Source: a virus (lineage: Duplodnaviria; Caudoviricetes). Taken from it: DNA of 25,958 bases. This document shows, one piece after another, positions 1 through 7,399 of this stretch (its first letter is position 1; each line of letters opens with the position of its first letter). The translations under genes and the position numbers were made by a program. The stretch covers positions 1 through 25,958 of the IMG/VR virus record IMGVR_UViG_3300020255_000010. One strand, 5' to 3'. The notes below the pieces were generated by a model, which was given only the letters and a program-made list of their open reading frames with translations, did not search any database and was not told the DNA's origin.

Positions 1-341
1 AGCATTTTGTAGATGGGATGAAATTATATAAAGAGATGCTTGATGCTGGTGTTGCTAAGGAGTGTGCTAGATTTGTTCTTCCACTAGCAACACCTACTAA
101 ACTCTATATGACTGGCTCTGTTAGATCGTGGATGCACTATATAGAATTACGTTCTTCACATGGCACTCAAAGGGAGCACATGCAAATTGCTGAGTTGTGC
201 AGACAACAATTCATTTGTGAGTTTCCTATCATTGCTGATGCACTTGGTTGGTGTCCAAATGAAGAGTGTGATTGCCAAGTTGAATCTGAAGACCGATGTT
301 TAGATTGGTCAGACTTACCACCCTCACTACGAATAGACTAA
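1..341 (+). CDS. thyX: Flavin-dependent thymidylate synthase ThyX, 3' part (5' end outside window)
   Basis: Frame is open from the window edge (..HFVDGMKLY). Motifs AKECARFVLP..TKLYMTGSVRSWMHYIELR...TQREH are typical of the ThyX C-terminal half; usual position upstream of phoH in cyanomyoviruses. Confidence 0.92.
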   Translation, partial: HFVDGMKLYKEMLDAGVAKECARFVLPLATPTKLYMTGSVRSWMHYIELRSSHGTQREHMQIAELCRQQFICEFPIIADALGWCPNEECDCQVESEDRCLDWSDLPPSLRID

Positions 342-571
342 TGCCTACCTACCCAGTAATAAATAAAAATACACAAGAGAAAAAAGAACTCTCTATGAGT
401 ATGAAAGATTATGATCAGTGGTGCAAAGATAATCCTGATTGGCATAAAGATTGGCAAGCAGGTGTTGGAGGTGTCACATATGGCAAACCTAAAATGGATG
501 ATGGATTCAAAGAGGTGATGTCAAAAGTACAACAACATCATCCTCGTGCTAACTTGAGTAGGTTTACATAA
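341..571 (+). CDS. Small conserved phage protein (MPTYPV..., FmdB-like N-terminus without Cys pairs)
   Basis: ATG at 341 overlaps the thyX stop (TAATG) and is a likelier start than 296; stop overlaps the phoH start (TAATG). Confidence 0.75.
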   Translation: MPTYPVINKNTQEKKELSMSMKDYDQWCKDNPDWHKDWQAGVGGVTYGKPKMDDGFKEVMSKVQQHHPRANLSRFT

Positions 572-1341
572 TGCCAAGAGCAAGAAAGAAAACTAACGGT
601 AACGGTAATGGTAAAGCAGCCATTAGTGGTATGAGTCCGAAGCATATGAAGAGAAAGAAACCTATTGATAGTTCCTATATGGTACCTATCAAACCCTTAA
701 CACCAAACCAAGAGATTGTTTTTGACTCCTATAATTCAGGCAAAAATATACTATTGCATGGTGCTGCTGGTACAGGTAAGACTTTTATTACATTATATCT
801 CGCATTAAAAGAAGTCCTTGACGAAACCACACCGTATGATAAAATATATATTGTAAGGTCTTTAGTACCTACTAGAGAGATTGGTTTCCTACCTGGAGAT
901 CATGAAGATAAGTCAATGCTTTATCAGGTTCCCTATAAGAATATGGTAAGGTATATGTTTAGTATGCCAGATGACAACTCATTTGAGATGCTTTATGACA
1001 ATCTCAGGGCACAACAAACTATTTCTTTTTGGTCTACTTCTTTTATCCGTGGAGTTACTCTTGACAACGCTATTGTTATTGTCGATGAATTCTCTAACTT
1101 AAATTTTCATGAGTTAGATTCTATGATCACACGTATAGGAGAGGATTCTAAGATTATGTTCTGTGGTGATGTGACTCAATCAGATCTTACACGAGAGCAT
1201 GAGAAGTCTGGTATGGCAGACTTCATACAGATACTTCAATCAATGCAAGACTTTACTTGTGTAGAATTTGGTATCGATGACATTGTTAGATCAGGTCTTG
1301 TTAAAGCCTATCTAATTGCCAAATATAATCTAGGTTTCTAA
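571..1341 (+). CDS. phoH: PhoH-family ATPase
   Basis: Walker A GAAGTGKT, IGFLPGD, FIRGVTL, Walker B IVIVDE, TRIGEDSKIMFCGD..QSDL, DIVRSGLVK. Confidence 0.96.
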   Translation: MPRARKKTNGNGNGKAAISGMSPKHMKRKKPIDSSYMVPIKPLTPNQEIVFDSYNSGKNILLHGAAGTGKTFITLYLALKEVLDETTPYDKIYIVRSLVPTREIGFLPGDHEDKSMLYQVPYKNMVRYMFSMPDDNSFEMLYDNLRAQQTISFWSTSFIRGVTLDNAIVIVDEFSNLNFHELDSMITRIGEDSKIMFCGDVTQSDLTREHEKSGMADFIQILQSMQDFTCVEFGIDDIVRSGLVKAYLIAKYNLGF

Positions 1342-2018
1342 TGCCATTTAATTTTATTGATGTACCGCTCAAAGAGGTTGATGTTGAGCCAGTGAATGAG
1401 AATGGGGTAAGGTTTTACCCCATACCAGGTGCTGATAAATATTATCCAAGTGTGACATCAATTACATCCTTTAAAAATGCTGCTTTCTTCTCCAATTGGA
1501 GAAAGAAGATAGGTGAAGAGGAAGCTAATAGAATTACAGCACGTGCCACACAAAGAGGCACAGTATTTCATAGCATGGCTGAAGATTATTTCAAAGATGA
1601 TTTGAATACTGATAGATACTTGGCAAATAATCCATTGTCTGTTAGAATGTTTCAGTCGGCCAAGACTACCCTTGATCGCATTAATAACATTCACTGCCTA
1701 GAAACTTTCTTATACTCACATTATCTTGGACTTGCTGGTCGAGTAGATTGCATCGCAGAATTTGATGGTGAGTTAGCAGTGATTGATTTTAAAACTTCAA
1801 CTAAAGAAAAGCAAGAACAATACATTGAGCATTACTATGTGCAAGAGACTGCATATGCAGCAATGTTTCTTGAAAGATCAGGTATTGAAGTAAAGAAAAT
1901 TGTTACATTAATTGCGGTTGAAGATGGGTCTATCCAAGTATTTCAAAAGTATAACCTTGATGACTATTTACAATTGCTTAAATCCTATATCGAAGAGTTC
2001 TCTAATGCCAAAGGATAA
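1341..2018 (+). CDS. PD-(D/E)XK (RecB-like) exonuclease
   Basis: YPSVTSI, RGTVFH, E..L, AGRVDCIAEFDGELAVIDFKTS and Q..AYA motifs; position between phoH and gp33. Confidence 0.88.
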   Translation: MPFNFIDVPLKEVDVEPVNENGVRFYPIPGADKYYPSVTSITSFKNAAFFSNWRKKIGEEEANRITARATQRGTVFHSMAEDYFKDDLNTDRYLANNPLSVRMFQSAKTTLDRINNIHCLETFLYSHYLGLAGRVDCIAEFDGELAVIDFKTSTKEKQEQYIEHYYVQETAYAAMFLERSGIEVKKIVTLIAVEDGSIQVFQKYNLDDYLQLLKSYIEEFSNAKG

Positions 2019-2268
2019 GAAAAAAGAGAATCCTGAAGAGAACTTCATGACATCGGCAAAGTTTTCTATGGAAATTGAAAGGTTAGTTAAAACCAGTAAT
2101 GGTTTGATATCATACATCGAAGCCGTAGTTACTTATTGTAATGAAAATGATCTTGAGATTGATAGTGTCCCAAAACTTTTATCTAAACCATTGAAAGAAA
2201 GATTAAAGCATGAGGCACAGAAGTTTAACTACATGAAAAAAACATCTAAAGGAGTATTACCTCTATGA
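2005..2268 (+). CDS. gp33: Late-promoter transcription co-activator gp33
   Basis: FMTSAKFSMEIERLV..SYIEAVVTYCNENDLEIDSVPKLLSKPLKERLKHEA..NYMKKTSKGVLPL matches gp33. ATG 2005 preferred over 1912, which would overlap the upstream gene by about 100 nt. Confidence 0.9.
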   Translation: MPKDKKKENPEENFMTSAKFSMEIERLVKTSNGLISYIEAVVTYCNENDLEIDSVPKLLSKPLKERLKHEAQKFNYMKKTSKGVLPL

Positions 2269-2594
2269 CTTTCTTCCAATCGGAGCAAGTGCAAACAGAT
2301 TTGCAGAGTATATTTGACACCTATCAGTATGTTGCTCATAAGACAGCACAGTTGGGCACAATGAAACAGGTAGATAAGTTAGAACATATAGAAGATTGTA
2401 AAAATCTTATTGATAAGCAAAGGACATTTTATACACGTTTATCATTATCTGCAACTGGAGATCCAGAAGCTGCTGATATGAAACAAAGAATTAATGCACT
2501 TACTAATGCATTTGGTTACAAGGATATGTTTGAGTGTCTAGATGCTATGCTAGACACTCTTGATAAAGCTGCAAGGAACGAGATTTCTGAGTAG
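2265..2594 (+). CDS. DUF1825-like protein (cyanobacterial/cyanophage family)
   Basis: FFQSEQVQ..L..IF..YQ...LIDKQRTFYTRLSLS..DPEA..MK pattern; ATGA overlap with gp33. Confidence 0.7.
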   Translation: MTFFQSEQVQTDLQSIFDTYQYVAHKTAQLGTMKQVDKLEHIEDCKNLIDKQRTFYTRLSLSATGDPEAADMKQRINALTNAFGYKDMFECLDAMLDTLDKAARNEISE

Positions 2595-2595
2595 C

Positions 2596-2624
2596 TTGAC
2601 AACACCTAAATAGTATGCTACGAT
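2596..2624 (+). promoter_or_regulatory. sigma70-type promoter for gp32 with a nested late-promoter core
   Basis: TTGACA(2596-2601)-17 nt-TACGAT(2619-2624) with TG extension at 2616-2617; TAAATA at 2607-2612 inside the spacer. Confidence 0.75.
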
Positions 2625-2666
2625 TACTCAGTAGCAATTCATACACACAATACGGAGAATACGATT

Positions 2667-3584
2667 ATGTCATTCGCATCACTCAAGAAAGCATCTAGTA
2701 AGGGGGATACTCTTGCTAAGTTGACTAGAGAGATCGAAAAGATTAACCAACCAATGGCTGCCACTGGTCCCGATGAGAGACTATGGAAACCTGAGTTGGA
2801 TAAGTCTGGAAACGGTTACGCAGTAGTTCGTTTCCTTCCTGCTCCTGATGGAGAAGATATGCCTTGGGCAAAAGTATGGTCACATGCTTTCAAAGGACCT
2901 GGTGGTCAGTGGTATATTGAAAACTCACTAACTACTCTTGGTAAAGAAGATCCAGTATCTGATTTGAATAGAGGTCTTTGGAACAGTGGTCGTGAACAAG
3001 ACAAGGCAACTGCTAGAGCTCAGAAGCGTAAGCTTTCTTACTACTCTAACATCTATGTTGTAAGTGATCCTGCTCATCCAGAGAATGAAGGAAAAGTATT
3101 CCTTTATAAGTTTGGAAAGAAAATCTTTGACAAACTTATTGAAGCAATGCAACCTGCATTTGCTGATGAGACACCACTAGATCCATTTAATTTTTGGACT
3201 GGTGCTAATTTCAAACTAAAGATCCGCAAGGTTGATGGTTATTGGAATTATGATAAGTCTGAATTTGCTGCACCTGCACCTCTATTGGATGATGACAAGG
3301 CACTTGAGGAGATTTGGAAACAAGCATATCCTCTTGCAGAGTTTGAAGATCCTAAGAACTTTAAGTCTTTTGAACAACTACAAACTCGTTTGAATCTTGT
3401 ACTTGGTAAAGTAACTCCACCTGTTGCTCCAGCACCTGTTGTTGATGAGTCACAGGAAGAAGTAGTTGCTAAACCTTGGGGCAAAGAAGTTTCTGAGTTT
3501 AGAGAGAAAGCAGTTGCTTCATCACCAGTAGAATCGACTGAGGATACTTTATCTTACTTCGCACAACTAGCTGAAGAAGATTAA
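2667..3584 (+). CDS. gp32: Single-stranded DNA-binding protein gp32
   Basis: DERLWKPELDKSGNGYAVVRFLP, HAFKGPGGQWYIENSLTT, GANFKLKIRKVDGYWNYDKSEF, acidic tail LSYFAQLAEED; SD GGAG upstream. Confidence 0.97.
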   Translation: MSFASLKKASSKGDTLAKLTREIEKINQPMAATGPDERLWKPELDKSGNGYAVVRFLPAPDGEDMPWAKVWSHAFKGPGGQWYIENSLTTLGKEDPVSDLNRGLWNSGREQDKATARAQKRKLSYYSNIYVVSDPAHPENEGKVFLYKFGKKIFDKLIEAMQPAFADETPLDPFNFWTGANFKLKIRKVDGYWNYDKSEFAAPAPLLDDDKALEEIWKQAYPLAEFEDPKNFKSFEQLQTRLNLVLGKVTPPVAPAPVVDESQEEVVAKPWGKEVSEFREKAVASSPVESTEDTLSYFAQLAEED

Positions 3585-3868
3585 TGAAGTTCTTGATACC
3601 TCTGGCTCTGTTAACGTTAGCATCACCTGCTAACGCACTAACATGGAAAGAGTTTTGGGAACCCTTTGTAGAAGAGAATCATCACCATCATCGCCATTAT
3701 CATGGTAGAAGAGTGTGTTATGACAATGTTTACAGAGAATCAAGGAACCCAGAAGGACACATTTTCTATTATTATGAGCAAGTGAGAGTGTCCTGCTACA
3801 GAAAGTATCATGACCCTCATCGCCACTATCATCACTACTATCACGACCACATTCATCGTTACGATTAA
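3584..3868 (+). CDS. His/Tyr-rich small protein with predicted signal peptide
   Basis: MKFLIPLALLTLASPANA fits a Sec signal with an A-x-A site; 15 His in two clusters flanking a Cys pair; TAATG coupling to gp32. Confidence 0.75.
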   Translation: MKFLIPLALLTLASPANALTWKEFWEPFVEENHHHHRHYHGRRVCYDNVYRESRNPEGHIFYYYEQVRVSCYRKYHDPHRHYHHYYHDHIHRYD

Positions 3869-3894
3869 TTGAGGAAACCGAAAGATAGTATAAA

Positions 3895-3917
3895 GAAACC
3901 CCCTTTATGGGGGTTTC
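3895..3917. terminator. GC-rich hairpin, probable (bidirectional) intrinsic terminator
   Basis: GAAACCCCC-TTTAT-GGGGGTTTC, 9-bp perfect stem; the U-rich tail is better on the minus strand (..TTTCTTTATAC). Confidence 0.65.
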
Positions 3918-3954
3918 CTCATATAAAATAGTGTGTAGAATTCAACACAATACA

Positions 3955-4128
3955 ATGTCAGGAGATTTTTGGAGTCATAATGACCAACAACCACCTATAC
4001 CTTGCAAAGTATCAAAAGCAATGGATGAGATTAAAGACTCTAGGTGGATTGATACAAATTATATTTTAGAAATCGAATCCATGATGATTAATGCAAGGTA
4101 TAGGACTGGTAGCCCAATGCAAGAATAA
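3955..4128 (+). CDS. Small hypothetical protein (57 aa, MSGDFWSHNDQQPP...)
   Basis: ATG 3955 follows an A/C-rich leader; the track start at 3907 lies inside the hairpin loop and is unlikely. Confidence 0.6.
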   Translation: MSGDFWSHNDQQPPIPCKVSKAMDEIKDSRWIDTNYILEIESMMINARYRTGSPMQE

Positions 4129-4163
4129 GTCCATATATTATTCGATTTTTAGTTCCCAGAAAC

Positions 4164-4191
4164 CCCCGAAAAAAAATCGGGGTATTTTTTT
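4164..4191 (+). terminator. Intrinsic terminator between convergent genes
   Basis: CCCCGA-A7 loop-TCGGGG followed by TATTTTTTT. Confidence 0.7.
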
Positions 4192-4205
4192 GTCTGTAGG
4201 GTTTT

Positions 4206-5084
4206 TTAGTATCCAGATCCACTAGAAGTATTTGTAGTAGTGGATGATGTTGTTGTAGTAGTGGTAGTGGTAGCAGCAGTGTTTGTAGTAGTAACTGTAT
4301 TTTCAACAACTGCTGTAGTAGTGGTAGTACCAGCAACTCCTTGTACGATATTTCCATCTCCATAGTCAAATGTGACAGTTCCACTAGTATTTGAAATTGC
4401 TGCTTGTATATTAGATAACGCACTTCTTCTAAATGCATCTCTATCTAAGAATGCAGATGCTAGTGAAATATGTGTCTTCTTACGTCCAAAGTCATCAACT
4501 TCATCATGAGGTTGATAATCAACTAAATCCTTAAATTGCTCTTCATAGAAATCAACTAATCTACTTGTTGGTATTGAGATTAATCGACTTTTCTCATTTA
4601 AGTAAGATTCATGTTCATAGTTTGATACTGGATATATTGATTGATCCTTAGATAAAGCATTTCCGTCTATATCAATACCCCTATAAGATTCATTAACTTC
4701 AATACCACTTTTTGCTATTACTATATCGCCACTTTTTACTTCTACAGTTTCCCAGTGATGGACTGAATCTGGATCATCGTATATATTGGCAACATATTCA
4801 TTTAGAGCACTTTCTCTTTTTGGCCATTGAGTGTATACATCAGTTATATTGTTGGATAGTAAAATAATCCAATCTAACTCTGGATCACCATAAAACTTTT
4901 GTGCGACCATATCAGGTCTCATTCCATCAGGAATATAATATTCATTAAACAGAGTGGCATATTTTGCCATCTTTTCAGGAAGAATTACTCGTCTAAAGAT
5001 GTTTTTTACTTCTTTATACTTTACTTTTTCTTCTTGACCCGAATCTGCAACAAATACAGTTGGTAATTGATCGAAATATGCCAT
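4206..5084 (-). CDS. gp53: Baseplate wedge subunit gp53 (LysM-like) with Thr/Ser-rich C-terminal tail
   Basis: MAYFDQLP, KNIFRRV, YYIPDGMRPDMVAQKFYGDPELDWIILLSNNI..VYTQWP, VHHWET, PVSNYEHE..LNEKSR; adjacent to gp48. Confidence 0.9.
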   Translation of the reverse strand: MAYFDQLPTVFVADSGQEEKVKYKEVKNIFRRVILPEKMAKYATLFNEYYIPDGMRPDMVAQKFYGDPELDWIILLSNNITDVYTQWPKRESALNEYVANIYDDPDSVHHWETVEVKSGDIVIAKSGIEVNESYRGIDIDGNALSKDQSIYPVSNYEHESYLNEKSRLISIPTSRLVDFYEEQFKDLVDYQPHDEVDDFGRKKTHISLASAFLDRDAFRRSALSNIQAAISNTSGTVTFDYGDGNIVQGVAGTTTTTAVVENTVTTTNTAATTTTTTTTSSTTTNTSSGSGY

Positions 5085-5086
5085 TT

Positions 5087-6139
5087 TTAGAATCCAGCAA
5101 CTATATCTTGTTTTGTCATAATTCTAGTCTCTGAGAAATTCAGAGTTAATTGGACAGCAGGTACAAGTAACTGTCTTGATCCTGTAGTCTCATCATATGA
5201 TAAATCTGCAATAGCATCTTTAAAAGATACATATTGACCATCTGGTGTGTAATTTACAGTAACATTAGTGCAAACACATGGATGGAATCTATAATGTGGT
5301 AATCTTGTAATTGAATCTGTTCTTGGATCCATTCTTACAAATTCTAATAAGAACTTATCTGGGACTAATAGGAATCTACCAGATGTGTTAATTTGACTTG
5401 TACTAGTTTGTGCAGTAAATCCATTAGTATTACCATTACTAGTAGTAGTGCCATCTCCACTAGTACCTTGTGATAATAAGTCAAGTTCTCCAGCATCTGC
5501 ATCTCCAAGGCAAGGCACAGTACCCATTTTTAAGTATTTAATAATACTCATAATAGATTCTGCATCTTTTTTATTGCGAGCAAACATCTTAAAGTCAAAA
5601 GTGTGGTTCCTGAAAGGAATGCCATTATAAACTTGCTCTGTAAAAGGATTCATAATCCTTCCTTTTGTTAGAGCTTGCAATGCACCACCAGTAACACCAG
5701 TATCAAGACCAAGTGTTGATCCAAGGCTTTGAGTAATTGAAGCACCTTTATTATACGCCATTTCTGGAAATGCCGATGATGCTGCTGATTGTAATGATGC
5801 TGTAATTGTATCTGCTGCATTTCCACCACCAGCAATACCAGCAGCAGTTTGTGCTGCTAGAACACCAAGTTGACCCATATTGATTTGATCATAATCCGCT
5901 TGGTAACTAGTAGTTAGACCAGGAGGTATATTCAAATATGCAATATTGGAACTTAAAGATGTAGAAACGTTATTGTTTGGGAGATTATCGCCACCATACC
6001 CATTTTGGGATTGTGCGTAGTTTGTTCTAAACCTCTGTATCCTTAAATAATCGGTTCTTCCTGTAGGAGCATCTTCACTATCAAGATAGTCTCCTTCAAC
6101 AGGGGCTTTTAATGGATATTTGAGAATTGTAGAAGCCAC
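5087..6139 (-). CDS. gp48: Baseplate tail-tube cap gp48
   Basis: LKYPL N-terminus, IMNPFTEQVYNGIPFRNHTFDFKMFARN..DA..I..II, CVCTNVTVNYTPDGQY, VQLTLNFSE; GTG start. Confidence 0.88.
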   Translation of the reverse strand: MASTILKYPLKAPVEGDYLDSEDAPTGRTDYLRIQRFRTNYAQSQNGYGGDNLPNNNVSTSLSSNIAYLNIPPGLTTSYQADYDQINMGQLGVLAAQTAAGIAGGGNAADTITASLQSAASSAFPEMAYNKGASITQSLGSTLGLDTGVTGGALQALTKGRIMNPFTEQVYNGIPFRNHTFDFKMFARNKKDAESIMSIIKYLKMGTVPCLGDADAGELDLLSQGTSGDGTTTSNGNTNGFTAQTSTSQINTSGRFLLVPDKFLLEFVRMDPRTDSITRLPHYRFHPCVCTNVTVNYTPDGQYVSFKDAIADLSYDETTGSRQLLVPAVQLTLNFSETRIMTKQDIVAGF

Positions 6140-6140
6140 C

Positions 6141-6146
6141 TAAATA
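6141..6146 (+). promoter_or_regulatory. T4-type late promoter core for gp4 operon
   Basis: CCTAAATA about 25 nt upstream of ATG 6171. Confidence 0.65.
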
Positions 6147-6165
6147 GAATCAGCACTTACTATGT

Positions 6166-6172
6166 TATTTAT
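6166..6172 (-). promoter_or_regulatory. T4-type late promoter core for gp48-gp53
   Basis: TATTTAT on plus reads ATAAATA on minus, about 27 nt upstream of the gp48 GTG. Confidence 0.65.
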
Positions 6173-6590
6173 GAGGTATCAGGGTCGTTATACACCTTCG
6201 AGACCAAGAAAGTATAAAGGTGATCCAAAAAATATCATTTATAGGTCATCTTGGGAATATAAATTCATGAGATGGTGTGATGATACACCTTCTGTAGTTG
6301 AGTGGGGTAGTGAGGAAATTGCAATTCCTTATATTTCTCCTACTGATGGTAAACGACATAGATATTTTCCTGATTTTTATGTAAAAATTGCTAACAAAAA
6401 ATATCTAATTGAAGTAAAACCATTCAGACAGACGAAAGAACCTAAAACTCAAAAGAAAATTACTAAGACTTATATTCGTGAAGTTGTTACTTGGAGTGTA
6501 AATAGTGCAAAGTGGAAAGCAGCAACTGAATTCTGCAAAGACCATAATTGGGAATTTATGATAATAACTGAGAAGGAATTAAAGATCTAA
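6171..6590 (+). CDS. gp4: Head completion protein gp4 (TnsA-like nuclease fold)
   Basis: YQGRYTP..P.KYKGDP.NIIYRSSWE.KFM.WCD..W.SEE..IPY.SP.D...HRYFPDF..IEVKP..N.AKW.AA..IITEKEL. ATG 6171 is the likelier start (6162 alternative). Confidence 0.92.
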   Translation: MRYQGRYTPSRPRKYKGDPKNIIYRSSWEYKFMRWCDDTPSVVEWGSEEIAIPYISPTDGKRHRYFPDFYVKIANKKYLIEVKPFRQTKEPKTQKKITKTYIREVVTWSVNSAKWKAATEFCKDHNWEFMIITEKELKI

Positions 6591-6594
6591 AACT

Positions 6595-7374
6595 ATGGAT
6601 TTAAACGGAGCATCTAAGCAAACACCTAGAGCAAGATTAACCGAATTCTCTGAATGGTTTAAGGGTAATAACAATAACCCTAGCTTCAGTAATAGATATT
6701 CTGTGCAATTTAGCACACCTGTTGTGTTTAGGTCAGGTTTTTATTATCCTCAGAGTAAGTATTTGTTGGAAACAGGCGATAATGCGAGATATTTAAACTT
6801 ATATGCTGATACAGTTAATTTACCGAGTAAGCAAGTAACTACAGCGTCAATTACGAATATTGGATCAGCATATAACTATGCAACATCATCTTCATTTAGT
6901 CAAATAAACATTACATTTACATTACCTAGAAATCATAAGACTAGGATGATATTTGAAAGATGGGTTCATCTCATGTCTCCTGATTCAAATCAGATGACTG
7001 ATTATTATGAAAACTATACTTGTCCTCATCTTTATATCTTTAAATGGGAGAGAGGTGGAGGAGAAAAGATAACATTACCTGATGCAGTTAAAGCTTTCTT
7101 GAGAAAGATTGGAGTTAAGATATCTGACGTTGAAAGATATAGGGATGATCAGTTAGTTGGTATATATGATATAAGAAATGCATTCCCAATGAATATTGGA
7201 ACAATGGCATTGAATAATGAGCAAGCATCTTTATTAAAACTTGATATTGGATTCTTCTATGAGAGATATAGATTCTATGGTGCTGACACTATCGACAACT
7301 TAGGTAGATCTTATCTCACAACTGGTGAAACTGGTGTTACAGCAGATCTACAACAAGATCAGAATAACTCCTAA
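6595..7374 (+). CDS. Tail-tube-fold protein (gp19/gp54-like tube initiator)
   Basis: NRYSVQF, ADTVNLPSKQV, INITF...RMIFERW, YYENY, NAFPMNIGTMALN..LLKLDIGFFYE resemble gp19/gp54; located between gp4 and gp26. Confidence 0.7.
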   Translation: MDLNGASKQTPRARLTEFSEWFKGNNNNPSFSNRYSVQFSTPVVFRSGFYYPQSKYLLETGDNARYLNLYADTVNLPSKQVTTASITNIGSAYNYATSSSFSQINITFTLPRNHKTRMIFERWVHLMSPDSNQMTDYYENYTCPHLYIFKWERGGGEKITLPDAVKAFLRKIGVKISDVERYRDDQLVGIYDIRNAFPMNIGTMALNNEQASLLKLDIGFFYERYRFYGADTIDNLGRSYLTTGETGVTADLQQDQNNS

Positions 7375-7377
7375 ATA
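7372..7377 (+). promoter_or_regulatory. Late promoter core upstream of gp26
   Basis: CTAAATA overlapping the upstream stop, 22 nt before ATG 7400. Confidence 0.6.
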
Positions 7378-7399
7378 TAATTACTGAATTGAACTTTAT

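Noticed and set aside
296-340. Longest-ORF starts at 296, 1912, 3907, 6162 and 14076
   Set aside because: Downstream ATGs (341, 2005, 3955, 6171, 14112) fit translational coupling, promoter position or family N-termini better.
341-570. Pho box upstream of phoH
   Set aside because: No intergenic space and no convincing 11-bp-spaced direct repeats; only a TAAATA at 360-365 that may be chance.
1341-2018. Cas4 / CRISPR-associated nuclease
   Set aside because: RecB-like motifs only; the Cas4 Fe-S cysteine cluster is absent and I see no repeat-spacer array in the window.
4088-4438. 116-aa Leu-rich minus-strand ORF
   Set aside because: Alternative frame of the gp53 Thr repeats that runs through the terminator; likely artefact.
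6171-6590. TnsA transposase or homing endonuclease
   Set aside because: Sequence and position match core gp4; no transposon ends or partner genes.
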